From Squalus acanthias (Eukaryota), in contig CM059427.1 in the NCBI GenBank assembly GCA_030390025.1, positions 188,046,001-188,110,000 on the forward strand: a stretch of DNA of 64,000 nt, given 5' to 3'. Within the stretch, counting starts at the first letter, position 1; each line of letters starts with the position of its first letter. The notes below the pieces were generated by a model. The model searched no databases. It worked only from the letters and a program-made list of their open reading frames with translations, and had not been told where the DNA came from. This document shows, piece after piece, positions 49,332 through 62,761 of the stretch. A program made the translations under genes and the position numbers.

Positions 49332-52095
49332 TTTATAGAATCATAGAAATTTACAGCACAGAATGAGGGCATTCAGCCCATCTTGTCCGTGCCGGCCGAC
49401 ATAGCTATCTACCCTAATCCCACTTTCCGGCATTTGGTCCGTAGCCTTGGAGTTTACGGCACTTCAAGTGCATTTCCAAGTACATTTTAAATGTGGTGAG
49501 GGTCTCTGCCTCTACCACCCTTTCAGGCAGTGAGTTCCTCTGGGTGAAAAGAATTCTCCACAAATCCCCTCCAAACTTCCGACCAATTACTTTAAATCTA
49601 AGCCCCTGGTTATTGATTCTGCTGCTAAGGGAAATAGATCCTTCCGCTAAGGGAAATAGGTCCTTCCTATCCACTCTATCTAGGCCTCTTATAATTTTAT
49701 ACACCTCAATTAGGTCTCCCCTCAGCCTCCTCTGTTCCAAAGAAAACAACCCCAGCCTATCCAATCTTTCCTCATAGCTAAAATTCCCCAGCCCAGGCAA
49801 CATCCTCGTAAATCTCCTGTGCACCCCCTCTAGTGCAATCACATCCTTCCTGTAATGTGGTGACCAGAACTGCACGCAGTATTCTAGCTGCGATTTAACT
49901 AGTGTTTTATACAGTTCAAGCATAACCTCCCTGCTCTTATATTCTATGCCTCGACTAATAAAGGCAAGTATCCTGGATGCCTTCTTAACACCTTATTTAC
50001 CTCTCCTGCTACCTTCAGGGATCTGTGGACATGCACTCAAAGGTCCCTCTGATCTTCTACACTTCTCAGTGTCCTACCATTTATAATGTATTCCCTTGCC
50101 TTGTTAGCCCTCCCCAAATGCTTTACCTCACACTTCTCCAGATTGAATTCCATTTGCCACTGTTCTGCCCACCTGACCAGTCCATTGATATCTTCCTGCA
50201 GTCTGCAGCTTTCTTCTTCATTATCAACCACACGGCCAATTTTTGTATCATCTGCAAATTTCTTAATCATACTTCCTACATTCAAGTCCAAATCATTGCT
50301 ATTTACCACAAAAAACAAAGGACTGAGTACTGAGCGCTGCGGAACCCCACTGGAACCAGCCTTCCAGTCACAAAAACACCCTTCGACCATTACCCTTTGT
50401 TTCCTGCCTCTGAGCTAATTTTGGATCCAACTTGCCACTTTGCTTTGGATCCCATGGGCTTTTACTTTCATGACTAGTCTGCCATGCGGGACCTTATCAA
50501 AAGCCTTGCTAAAATCTATATAGACAACATCAAATGCACTACTGTCATCGACCCTCCTTGTTACCTCCTCAAAAATTTCAACCAAGTTACTCAGATACGA
50601 CCTTCCCTTAACAAATCCATGCTGACTCTCCCTGATTAATTTGTGTCTTTCTAAATGAAGATTTATCCTGTCCCTCAGAAGTTTTTCCAATAATTTTCCC
50701 ACCACCGAGGTTAGGCTGATTGGTCTGTAATTACTCGGTCTATCCCTTTCACCCTTTTTAAACAACAGTACCACGTTAGCAGTCCTCCAGTCCTCTGGCA
50801 TACACCTGTAGCCAGAGAGGATTGGAAAATGATGGTCAGAGCCTCTGCTATTTCTTCTCTTACTTCTCTTAACAGTCTGGGATACATTTTATCCGGGCCT
50901 GGGGATTTATTCACTTTCAAAGATGTTAAACCCCTTAATACTTCCTCTTTCACTATGTTTATTTCATCTCATATTTCACACTCCTCCTCCCTGATTGCAA
51001 TTTCTGCATCGTCCCTCTCTTTTGTGAAAACAGACACAAAGTATTCATTAAGAATCATACCCATGTCTTCCGCTTCCACACACAGGTTACCTTTATGGTC
51101 CCTAATAGGCGCTACTCTTTCTTTAGTTATCCTCTTGCTCTTAATGTATTTATAAAACATCTTTGGGTTTTCCTTGATTTTACTTGCCAATATTTTTTCA
51201 TGCCCTCTCTTTGCTTTCCTAATTTACTTTTTAATTGCACCCCTGCACTTTCGATACTCCTCTGGGGTTTCTGCAGTATTGAGCCCTGTCATAAGCTTCC
51301 CTTTGTTTCTTTAACCTTCCCTGTATGCCCCTTGACATTCAGGGAGCTCTAGATTTGTTAGTCCCACCCTTTTCTTTAAGGGAACTACTTGCTCTGAACC
51401 CTCACTGTCTCCTCCTTGAATGCCTCCCACTGCTCTGACACTGATTTACCTTCAAGTTTCTGCCTCCAGTCCACTTTGGCTAAATCACTTCTCAGCTTAG
51501 TAAAATTAGCTTTTCCCCAATTGAGAACTTTTATTCCTGGTCCATCCTTGTCCTTTTCCATAACTACTCTAAATCTTACTGAATTATGATCACTACCACC
51601 GATATGCTCTCCCACTGATACCCTTTCCACCTGCCCAGCTTCATTCCCTAAAACTAGGTCCAGAACCACACCCTCTCTTATTGGGCTTGCTATGTACTGG
51701 CTACAAAAGTTCTCCTGAATGCATTTTAAGAATTCTGCTCCCTCTATGCCTTTCACACTAATTCTATCCCAGTTAATATTAAGGAAGTTGAAATCCCCTA
51801 CGATTACTGCCCTATTTTTGCATGTCTCAGAAATTTGCCTACATATTTGCTCTTCTATCTCCCTCTGACTGTTCGAAGGTCTATAGTACACTCCCAGCAG
51901 TGTGATTGCCCCTTTTTTGTTTTGCAGTTCAACCCATATGGCTTCATTTGATGATCCTTCTAAGATATCCTCCCTCCTCACAGCTGTAATTGAATCTTTG
52001 ATCAATATTGCGACCTCCCTCCTTTTGTATCCCCCTCTCTATCTTGTCTGAAAACCCTGTAACCAGGAATGTTGAGCTGCCAGTCCTGCCCTTCT
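49332..52095 (-). mobile_element. CR1 LINE ORF2 (EN + RT), frameshifted
   Basis: ORFs 51385-52005 (endonuclease: 'VYYRP', 'GDFN', 'SDHN'), 50415-50801, 50037-50390 ('FADDTK'), 49414-49923; tail repeat at about 49335. Confidence 0.95.
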
Positions 52096-52989
52096 TTCAG
52101 CCATGTCTTATTTTTGGGAGTGGTTTGGGAACCTGCTGTCATCCCGCCCCCATCGCCTTTCCCCCAGGCGCCTCTGTCATCGCGGAGCCGACCCGACTGG
52201 TAGAGGTGGGCGGCCCAATTGAGATGATTAACAGTTAGTTGTCAGACCATTAACAGTCTTTTTTAACGTTCTTTGTAAATTTAACTGCATGGCCAAGGCA
52301 ACCACATTGCTCGGGAAGCACGTCTGTCAACCTGAGGCGGGAGTTCCATGGTCATTGCTCCAGCTGAATTCTTGACAGCATCTAATGTACAGTAAAAGCT
52401 TCCACCTGACAGATGATCACTTTCCTCAGGCAGAAACTGTTGCTCAGTCCATTTCCAGCACAGATTCTGTAGGCTGCAAAAGTTTCCAGCAAAGTCTCAA
52501 TCCAGTCTCACCTCATTGGTAGAACTCTCTCACCATTGACAGAATGCTTCTGTTATCTGTACTTCACCTGCCATCTATTCCATCAACAGGGGTGCCATTT
52601 ATACTGTCTCAACTTGGTCCTCAGAATAGGACCACAATGAGCCCCAACATCAGCAGCACCAGGCACACCAGCAGCACCAACAACAACACCAACCTTCTCC
52701 ACAATCACCTGATGGTGCACAGGACACCGGGCATCAGCACCCGACGACATTGCTGTCCAGGAGGGCAGGGATGGCCTCATCATGGCCAGATTTAGTTAGG
52801 TTTACGCTGTACACCTATATGGCAGCCACATGATGCGCCAGGTTGGCACCACCCCACACCAACACCACAAAACATCCCTACAATGACCAAGCCATGATCT
52901 TATTGAATGGTGGAGCAGGCGCGAGGGACCGTATGGCCTATTCCTGCTCATATTTCTTATGTTCTTATAAGCCATTCATTTCATACTCA

Positions 52990-54310
52990 TCACCATTGCG
53001 GGGGGGTACAGTTGTGTTTCACCATTCACTGCAACTCACTCAGTCACTTCCAAAGGTGCACACAAATCTTTTGAAGAATGGAACGTGATGTAAATGAAGA
53101 TTTTTATGTTTGACATCACACTAACAGAAACTTTACATAAACATTGGATAATGGTTACCCTTGTGTGTTGTTAGTTGGTATGATTGCACTAGGATGAGGG
53201 TGAGTGTGAGGGATGGCTAGTGAGATTGGCATGTGAAAAGGTAGATAGATAGAGAGGGATAGGTGGAGGTGCAAAATATGTTGGTGTGAGTAAGGATACA
53301 TAGATACATAGATACATAGAACAGTACAGCACAGTACAGGCCCTTCGGCCCTCGATGTTGTGCCGAGCATTGTCCGAGACCAAGATCAAGCTATCACACT
53401 CCCTATCACTCTGGTGTGCTCCATGTGCTTATCCAATAGCAGCTTGAAAGTTCCTAAAGTGTCCGACTCCACTATCACAGCAGGCAGTCCATTCCACACC
53501 CCAACCACTCTCTGAGTAAAGAATCTACCTCGGACATCCCTTCTATATCTCCCCCCATGCACCTTATAGTTATGCCCCCTTGTAACAACTGCCTCTACCC
53601 GAGGAAATAGTCTCTGAACATCCACTCTATCTATCCCCCTCATCATCTTATAAACCTCTATTAAGTCGCCTCTCAACCTCCTCCGCTCTAAAGAGAAAAG
53701 CCCCAACTCCCTCAATCTTTCCTCATAAGACCTCCCCCCCAAACCAGGCAGCATCCTGGTAAATCTCCTTTGCACTCTTTCCAATGCTTCCACGTCCTTC
53801 CTATAGTGAGGTGACCAGAACTGCACACAATATTCCAAATGTGGTCTCACCAAGGTCCTGTACAGATGCAGCATAACCTCACGGTTCTTAAACTCAAACC
53901 CTCTGTTAATAAACGCCAACACACCATAGGCCTTCTTTACTGCTCTATCCACTTGAGTGGCAACCTTCAGAGATCTGTGGATATGAACCCCCAGATCCCT
54001 CTGCTCCTCCACGTTCCTCAGAACCCTGCCGTTGACCCTGTAATCCTTATTCAAATTTGCCCTACCAAAATGAATCACCTCGCACAGGAGTATGTTAGGG
54101 AAGGCTGAGTGCTGGGGATGTGATGAGAGGCACAGCAGGATGAGGTTGAGTGTGGCTTTGTACTAACATTTCCTGATCTAATGAGATCATTGAAATGTTT
54201 GCGGCACTGCACCCAGGTCCGCCTGAACACATCCCTGCTTGTGCCCTCCTCTGCAATCTGCAACCAGGCTGTTTTGGTCTACTGGGGAGGTCACTTTGAA
54301 GGCAGACTGT
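52990..54310 (-). mobile_element. Harbinger Myb-like remnant interrupted by a CR1
   Basis: 53050-53200 resembles 1-170; 54075-54263 reads 'RTWVQCRKHFNDL'. Confidence 0.6.
53297..54084 (-). mobile_element. Young 5'-truncated CR1 LINE
   Basis: Open ORF 53386-54078 and (ACATAGAT)n tail; nearly identical to 59020-59805. Confidence 0.95.
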
Positions 54311-56938
54311 AAAAAGCCTTTGGTGAGGCTTGACCAGAAATGAATTGTTAAACTGTTTTATCTCACAGCGAGTGATAAATAATGAACACGGTACACTTTG
54401 CCACACCAGTGGGTCAACGATTGATTTAAACAATTGGGCGAGAAAGTTGTCGGTGTCACCGCAACTGGAGTTAAGGGCCGCTGAAAATGGCCGCAGAGCT
54501 AATGAGAATAAATTTGTCTGGGGGGCTGGAGATTGGTGGCGCAGCACTAACCTTCCGTGCAGCGCCCCCTGGTGGCGTTAGTGGAGACCTCCGAGGTGAA
54601 GTTCCCGTCCTGACGTGGTGTTCGAGCTTCGCACAGCCTCTGGGAGCGAGGAATTGTGGGCCATTAAAAGGGCTGTGAATTAAAGGGGCCACGTACTCGG
54701 AACTGATACAAATTAAAATGCAGTGAAAAAATGCAGTTTTCAGCCCTTACTGCCTGTCAAAAAAAAAATATAACATTAAAAAGAAGTCCCAAATGTGATT
54801 GTTCAGTTCTTAAAGCTGAATTCCCTTCAGAACCTCAAAAAATAGGAAATTTGCTTCAGCACTAACACAAATGGCTCAGCAAGCCAGGGAAGGGGCACCC
54901 AGCATCTCGCACGCAGCACTCCAGCTTTGTGCAGGGGGTCAACACTGCAAGACAGCTCCTCTACCCACAGGGGTCAGGAGACCCTCCAGAAAGTAGGATG
55001 AGGAACTACATCACCGAGGCAACACTGCCAGCAGTGTCGCCCCCACCACCTGGCTCCAGTGCCGAAGGAAGCTTCATGACCTCAGACCACTGGTCAAGGT
55101 CAGTAAATGCATCTTCAAAAGCCCTCTCCTACCAACTGCAGCAGCAGCCTCACACATTGCTCAATGCACGACTCCCCTCTCAATCACTCACCTACCAACA
55201 ATCTGCACCAATCACGAGGCACATCTCCGATTCCTAGCCTCACCTCACCCCTTGGAGGAGACGGTGTAGGCCATTCTTGGCAAAGGCATGGCTGAGCCCT
55301 TGGCCAGCGGTGCGGCTGAAAGGATACAAGATGCTGGTATCCTCACTTGTTAGCCTCCTTCTGGCATGCACCTCATGCTTTCTTGCCCTCCCATTACCAC
55401 AACTCCACACTTGTCCCATCCTCATTTCACAAACCCAAGAAATGCAGCCTGCCCAGCCAGTGGTTGGCCAAGAAGAGGGAGGGCGGAGGAGGAGGAGGAG
55501 GAGGTGATGATGATGATGATTTGACACTCCCAGCCACCAGCCCCTTAAGGCCAACCAGCAAGGCCTTTTGCAGTGTCCCCCACTGAAAGTCAGAAGCTTT
55601 CCACCAGCCATGCTGCAGCCACTGGGTGGCACTGCGTCACATCAGTAGGATAGGCAAAGGCATGCATAAGGGTAATGAGTTGATTTCTTGATGTCAAGAT
55701 GATGTTGTGATGCTCAATAACAGATGGAAGGAAAGTTGTGGAAACGGGAATTGGGATTGTGGTCACTGGTACCGCAGGCGGATGATTCTATCCCGGATAT
55801 CCCAGCCAGAACGGGACTGTCTGGGTTGTATCCTTCCTTCGGATGCTGTAAATCTGAAATGCAGGAAATACTCAGCTGGTCAGGCAGCATCTCGACCTGA
55901 GACGTGAACTCTGTTTCTCTCTCCACGGATGTTGCCTGACCTGCTGTGTATTTGCAGCATTTCCTGACTTTTCAGAGTCCTTCCTTTACCATCCGAGGGC
56001 TTGCAAGCATCCAGCAGCACTCCCTACACACTTAACAAGCTTTTAACATCGAATGCAGCAAGCCACTACTTCAATAAAATAAAAAAACACAGTCCAAAAG
56101 CTTAAATCCAAATTTACCTGAATGATGTATGTGCCACTTTAAGAGGTGCTGACATTGCCACTGTCAGCCTGCTTGCAAGCCAGGTTTCACTGGCGTGCTT
56201 AGGACCCCGCACTGAATTCAGCGCTAGGGTCGAAGTTCTGAGTGATGATGTTCAGTCGACATTGCATTTTTTTCTCCAGGGCGCTGCCAGTCACCGACAA
56301 CGCAAAGCAAACGTCGAAAATGGAGGACGCTGCAGGACCCGCCACCAGCTGGTGAAAGAGCGGTGGCCGCCGCCCTTTCGCCATTTTTTGCCAGTAACGG
56401 GTGGCGTAAAGCCCCCGAATTTTTCACCCATTAACTCCTAACTACCCTCCTACATGATAAACCTCTGAGCCTGGACCAGGCTTGCCCTTGCAACTTTCTG
56501 TATCAAACCAGACTGACGATGCACCCTTTGATGGACCTGCCTGTTTGCTTCTGTCTGTCTCTTTGTTTTATCTCCTTCTGTTAACAACCTGAGGGGACCA
56601 GATGTGCCCAACACAATGGGTATGAGGCGTTTATTGACAATCGATTGCTGAGACAGTTTAACAAATTGATTATCTACACTCCATGGGGAAACAACATCAC
56701 ATTGACGGGGGCCATGTTTGGAGCAGATGGACTTTGTAGCACAACCCGACGTTTAAACAATAGGCAGCCTGGGCCGGCAGCCAGTGTATCCGGGTCCCAG
56801 CCGATTTCCCTGTCCCAATGCTGCACTCCCAGCTGGCTTATGCCAGGAGGGCGCTGAATGGCCCTGTGGGATTTCAGAACATCTGTATCTCAGCAGCTAT
56901 ATAAATATAACACCTTGTTTCCTGTCTCTCTATTTCAG

Positions 56939-57277
56939 ATTTACGCAATAAGAGTTACACACTTTATCGGTCAGGCACAGATCACAGTGAACTCTCCCTG
57001 ATTTGTGAAGCTAAATCTGAATTCAGTAAAACTAAATGGACTTGGAGGTCACGTCATTTTCAGAATCAAGAGAAAGAAATAGCTTCTACTTTCAGATCTA
57101 AGCCTATCGAAGTAAACAGGACCTATTTTGGGAGTCGACTTGTGCCCACAGTGGGAAATCTTAATGGCAGGAACTTCAGTGTGAGGATTGTCCCCGTACT
57201 GTTTGAAGATGCTGGAGTTTACACTTGTTCTCTGGGGTTATTGAATTATGTGACCATTAAACTAATCACAGTTAAAG
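56939..57277 (+). CDS. IgSF gene exon, domain 3 (V-set)
   Basis: Acceptor tatttcAG, donor G|GTAGG, phase 1-1; 'ELSLICE...WTW...NFSVRIVPVLFEDAGVYTC'. Confidence 0.92.
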
Positions 57278-57319
57278 GTAGGAGACAGAATGCTGCAGGT
57301 GTTTTCAATGATAAAGTTG

Positions 57320-58400
57320 GGTAGAGTTTCCGCTTTGGGCACAATCGGCGATTCCGGCACAAATTGCGCCCAAAACTGCGCCCGTTTTGAAAAGTGTTTC
57401 CCCCCCACCCCCCGAGGTTCCACTCAAACTCATTTGCATATCACCAAACGCGAAATCTGCCCTGAACCAACGCAATTGGACAGTGATTTAAAACCTAATT
57501 TCTTTTTGCTAATATTGCTTTAAAAATATTCTAGGCTACATTTAAGAATGGTAACTTGGAGCAGTTTGCTTAATACAGCTGAAAGTGGGTTTGCCACAAA
57601 AAATAAGCATTTTAAATCACAGTATCGATCCGCCACCTGTGAGTAACTGATTTTAACTGACTGAAAATGACATAAAAAAATATACAGAACTATTTTCCAG
57701 TTAGATTGGGGCACAGTAGTCAGTTCCTTAGTAAATTGAAAAAAAATAATTTCAAATCCTTTCAAAACGTACGTATTCGTGTCCTTGCGACCAAAAGATC
57801 CAGCTTCATTTTTGGAGCCTCCTCGTCGGCCTGCAAACGGGCGCAATTAGTGGAAACTCCCGATGGTGATTGGTTCACCCTGTGGGCGGGGCCAATTTTG
57901 TGCGCAGGGCCAGTTTTATAGGCGGGGTCAGTTTTGTGGGCGGGGGCCAGTTGTGTGGGCGTGGCCAGTTTTGTGGGCGGGGGCCAGTTTTGTGGGCAGG
58001 GCCAGTTTTGTGGGCGTGGCCAGTTTTGTGGGCGGGGACCAGTTTTGTGGGCAGGGCCAGTTTTGTGGGCGTGGCCAGTTTTGCGGGCGGGGGCCAGTTT
58101 TGTGGGCAGGCCAGTTTTGTAGGTGGGCCCAGTTTTGTGGGCATGGCCAGTTTTGTAGGCAGGGCCAGCTTTTTGGGCGGGGACAGTTTTGTGGGCGGGG
58201 CCAGTTTTATAGGCGGGGCCAGTTTTATAGGCGGGGCCTGCTTCTAGCGAGACGTCTTTAAAACTAGCGCAAAAGATCGCGGAAAATCAAGTTGCATTGA
58301 ATGCAATTTGCGCTTAAAATTCTGCTACTGTTTGCGTTGGTTACGCCGATATCGGGCGAATTGTACCGAAAAAAACAACACAATGAGGTGCAAACTCCAG
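57320..58400 (+). mobile_element. Non-autonomous repeat family copy containing an expanded minisatellite
   Basis: Homologous to 41794-42510. Confidence 0.75.
57881..58238 (+). repeat. 21-bp minisatellite (GGCCAGTTTTGTGGGCGG-like), about 17 copies
   Basis: Directly visible tandem array. Confidence 0.95.
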
Positions 58401-58446
58401 GACATTCTTTAAAATCTAAATGATTTTCTTGTTTACACATTCACAG

Positions 58447-58710
58447 CTGAACCATCTGATGCAGTGACTGAGGGAGACACCGTTACCCTGACCTGCTCTG
58501 TCTCTGATGTCACTGAATCAATGAGACTTGTTTGGATCAGTAGCGATGGCAAAACTGTTGAAGAGAAAACTTTTAAGGACCAGAAGCAGGAAGAGGATTT
58601 GTTACGGCTGATTATTCAAAAAGCTGATCGAGACAGAAGGAACTGGACATGTGTTTTGTTTCATCAAAACACGCCCAGCATTTTAATTCCATATTATCTG
58701 AAGGTTAACA
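58447..58710 (+). CDS. IgSF gene exon, domain 4 (C2-like with WxC motif)
   Basis: Acceptor tcacAG at 58446, donor A|GTAAGT at 58711, phase 1-1; 'EGDTVTLTC...LVW...LRLIIQKADRDRRNWTCVL'. Confidence 0.9.
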
Positions 58711-60086
58711 GTAAGTGTCTCACATTTTGCTCATTGTAACCTCCATAGAAATTTCTTGCTGCTCTTTTGTTATGATAACCTTTTACTTTTCATATTCTAT
58801 TGCACTCCACATTACTCAGAGTTTAATCAGAGGTGTTGACATACAAACAGTTTAACATCAAAAGTCAAACTATACAGCTCAAAGCAATGGAAGAAGAAAT
58901 ACAGTGCGGTGTTGGGTCATAGAAACATACATAGAACAGTGGAAGGAGCGCACGTCATCCCAAGCAAACCACCCACCCGCCCCTTCAACCACCGTCTGCC
59001 CCACCTGTGACAGAGAATGTACATAGAACATAGAACATAGAACAGTACAGCACAGTACAGGCCCTTCGGCCCTCGATGTTGTGCCGAGCATTGTCCGAGA
59101 CCAAGATCAAGCTATCACACTCCCTATCACTCTGGTGTGCTCCATGTGCTTATCCAATAACCGCTTGAAAGTTCCTAAAGTGTCCGACTCCACTATCACA
59201 GCAGGCAGTCCATTTCACACCCCAACCACTCTCTGAGTAAAGAATCTACCTCGGACATCCCTTCTATATCTCCCCCCATGCACCTTATAGTTATGCCCCC
59301 TTGTAACAGCTGCCTCTACCCGAGGAAATAGTCTCTGAACATCCACTCTATCTATCCCCCTCATCATCTTATAAACCTCTATTAAGTCGCCTCTCATCCT
59401 CCTCCGCTCTAAAGAGAAAAGCCCCAACTCCCTCAATCTTTCCTCATAAGACCTCCCCCCCAAACCAGGCAGCATCCTGGTAAATCTCCTTTGCACTCTT
59501 TCCAATGCTTCCACGTCCTTCCTATAGTGAGGTGACCAGAACTGCACACAATATTCCAAATGTGGTCTCACCAAGGTCCTGTACAGTTGCAGCATAACCT
59601 CACGGTTCTTAAACTCAAACCCTCTGTTAATAAACGCCAACACACCATAGGCCTTCTTTACTGCTCTATCCACTTGAGTGGCAACCTTCAGAGATCTGTG
59701 GATATGAACCCCCAGATCCCTCTGCTCCTCCACGTTCCTCAGAACCCTGCCGTTGACCCTGTAATCCTTATTCAAATTTGCCCTACCAAAATGAATCACC
59801 TCGCACTTATCAGGGTTAAATTCCATCTGCCATTTTTCGGCCCAGCTCTGCATCCTATCAATGTCTCTTTGCAGCCTACAACAGCCCTCCACCTCATCCA
59901 CTACTCCACCAATCTTGGTGTCATCAGCAAATTTACTGATCCACCCTTCAGTCCCCTCCTCCAAGTCATTGATAAAAATCACAAACAGCAGAGGACCCAG
60001 CACCGACCCCTGTGGCACACCGCTGGTAACTGGTCTCCAGTCCGAAAATGTTCCATCCACCACCACCCTCTGCCTTCTATGAGATA

Positions 60087-62761
60087 TGATGCGGAGATGC
60101 CGGTGTTGGACTGGGGTGGACAAAATTGAGAGGTCGCACAACACCAGGTTATAGTCCAACAGTTTTATTTGAAATCACAAGCTTTCGGAGCTATCGATTT
60201 GCTCCTTCCTCAGGTGAAGTAAATTAGATACAGAATCTCCAAAGCATATATAGATGGAAAACAAAGAATGTGTACTTTACAATTGCAGACCAATAAATTA
60301 AATCATCCTGACTATCTGCCGAGGTGTGATAAAGTTAATTAAGTCAGCCAGGAAGGTACCACATCAAAGACATAGCAAGATACAACTGAGACAATGAGGT
60401 GTAGTCGCAGGGGTTCTAACGTGTCAAAAGCTGCCGTCTGTATGTAAAACGAAAAGCTTTAACATTTTTTTACTTTTTTACTGGGAAAATTTTTACTTTT
60501 TTTACTGGGAATCACATCTGTGAACAAGCTAACGACGACTCGAGTCCGGATCACGTCATGTATCGTGACATAAACCCAAGATCCCGATTGAGACCGTCTT
60601 CATGAGTGCGCAACTTGGCTATCAGTTTCTGCTCGATGATTTTGCGTTGTCGTGTGTTTCTAAGGTTGCCTTGGAGAACGCTTACCCGCAGATCCGAGGC
60701 TGAATGTCCTTGACTGCTGAAGTGTTCCCCGACTGGGAGGTAACAATCCTGCCTGGCGATTGTTGCGCGGTGCTCGTTCATACGTTGTCTCAGTGTCTGC
60801 ATGGTCTCGCCGATGTACCATGCCGCGGTGCATTCTTTCCTGCAACGTATGAGGTAGACAACGTTGGCCGAGTCACATGAGTATGTACCATGTACCTGGT
60901 GGGTAGTGTCCTCACGTGTGATGGTGGTGTCTGTGTTGATGATCTGGCATGTCTTGCAGAGTTTGCCATGGCAGGGTTGTGTGGTGTCGTGGTCGCTGTT
61001 ATCCTGAAAGCTGGGTAATTTGCTGCGAACGATGGTACTTCTGAGGTTAGGCGGCTGTTTGAAGGCAAGTAGTGGAGGCATGGGGATGGCCTTAGCGAGG
61101 TGTTTGTCGTCATCGATGACATGTTGAAGGCTGCGAAGAACATGGCGTAGTTTCTCCGCTCCGGGGAAGTACTGGACGACGTAGGGTACCCTGTTGGTTG
61201 TGTCCCGTGTTTGCCTTCTGAGGAGGTCTATGCGATTTTTCGCTGTGGCCCGTCGGAACTGTCGATCGATGAGTCGAGCGTCATATCCCGTTCTTACGAG
61301 GGCGTTTTTCAGCGTCCGTAGGTGTCCATCGCGTTCCTCCTCGTCTGAGCAGATCCTGTGTATTCGCAGGGCTTGTCCATAGGGGATGGCTTCTTTAACA
61401 TGGTTAGGGTGGAAGCTGGAGAAGTGGAGCATCGTGAGGTTGTCCGTGGGCTTGCGGTAGAGTGAAGTGCTGAGGTGTCCGTCTTTGATGGAGATTCGTG
61501 TGTCCAGGAATGAGACTGATTCTGAGGAGTAGTCCATGGTGAGTTTGATGGTGGGATGGAACTTGTTTATGTTATCGTGTAGTCTTTTCAGTGATCCTTC
61601 GCCATGGGTCCAAAGGAAGAAAATGTCGTCGATGTATCTGGTATACAGCGTTGGCTGGAGGTCCTGTGCAGCGAAGAAGTCTTGCTCGAACTTGTGCATG
61701 AAGATGTTGGCGTATTGGGGTGCGAATTTGGTCCCCATGGCTGTTCCGTGTGTTTGGGTAAAAAAATGGTTGTCGAAGGTGAAGACATTGTGGTCAAGGA
61801 TGAAGCGGATGAGTTGTAGGATGGCGTCTGGAGATTGGCTGTTGTTGATGTTGAGTACTGAGGCTGTTGCAGCGATGCCGTCATCGTGGGGGATACTGGT
61901 GTAGAGTGCCGATACGTCCATCGTGGCAAGGAGTGTTCCTGGTTCAACTGGTCCGTGGGTGCTGAGTTTCTGTAAGAAGTCTGTAGTGTCGCGACAGAAG
62001 CTGGGGGTTCCCTGTACGATGGGTTTCAGAATGCCCTCGACGTATCCAGAGAGGTTCTCACACAGGGTTCCATTGCCTGATACGATAGGACGTCTGAGAC
62101 AACGTATGAACGAGCACCGCGCAACAATCGCCAGGCAGGATTGTTACCTCCCAGTCGGGGAACACTTCAGCAGTCAAGGACATTCAGCCTCGGATCTGCG
62201 GGTAAGCGTTCTCCAAGGCAACCTTAGAAACACACGACAACGCAAAATCATCGAGCAGAAACTGATAGCCAAGTTGCGCACTCATGAAGACGGTCTCAAT
62301 CGGGATCTTGGGTTTATGTCACGATACATGACGTGATCCGGACTCGAGTCGTCGTTAGCTTGTTCACAGATGTGATTCCCAGTAAAAAAAGTAAAAATTT
62401 TCCCAGTAAAAAAGTAAAAAAATGTTAAAGCTTTTCGTTTTACATACAGACGGCAGCTTTTGACACGTTAGAACCCCTGCGACTACACCTCATTGTCTCA
62501 GTTGTATCTTGCTATGTCTTTGATGTGGTACCTTCCTGGCTGACTTAATTAACTTTATCACACCTCGGCAGATAGTCAGGATGATTTAATTTATTGGTCT
62601 GCAATTGTAAAGTACACATTCTTTGTTTTCCATCTATATATGCTTTGGAGATTCTGTATCTAATTTACTTCACCTGAGGAAGGAGCAAATCGATAGCTCC
62701 GAAAGCTTGTGATTTCAAATAAAACTGTTGGACTATAACCTGGTGTTGTGCGACCTCTCAA
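60087..62761 (-). mobile_element. Penelope-like retroelement with about 670-bp inverted terminal arm
   Basis: TSD TTCTATGAGATA (60075-60086, 62762-62773). 62094-62763 is the reverse complement of 60124-60793. Confidence 0.93.
60551..62093 (-). CDS. Penelope-like RT + GIY-YIG endonuclease (5'-truncated, open frame)
   Basis: 'DVSALYTSI', 'GTAMG', 'RYIDD', 'FLD', 'YRKPT', 'NVVYLIRC...YIGET...RMNEH', 'GLN'. Confidence 0.93.

Noticed and set aside
57863-58261. Cys/Gly-rich repeat protein (GQFCGR)n
   Set aside because: Artefact of a 21-bp minisatellite inside a repeat element; open in several frames.
41576-58710. Assigning the symbol CD4 or LAG3
   Set aside because: TM/cytoplasmic motifs and synteny are not visible, and the D1/D2 features deviate.
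61923-62336. Separate GIY-YIG gene on + strand
   Set aside because: It is the inverted duplicate of the Penelope ORF 3' end fused to antisense RT sequence.
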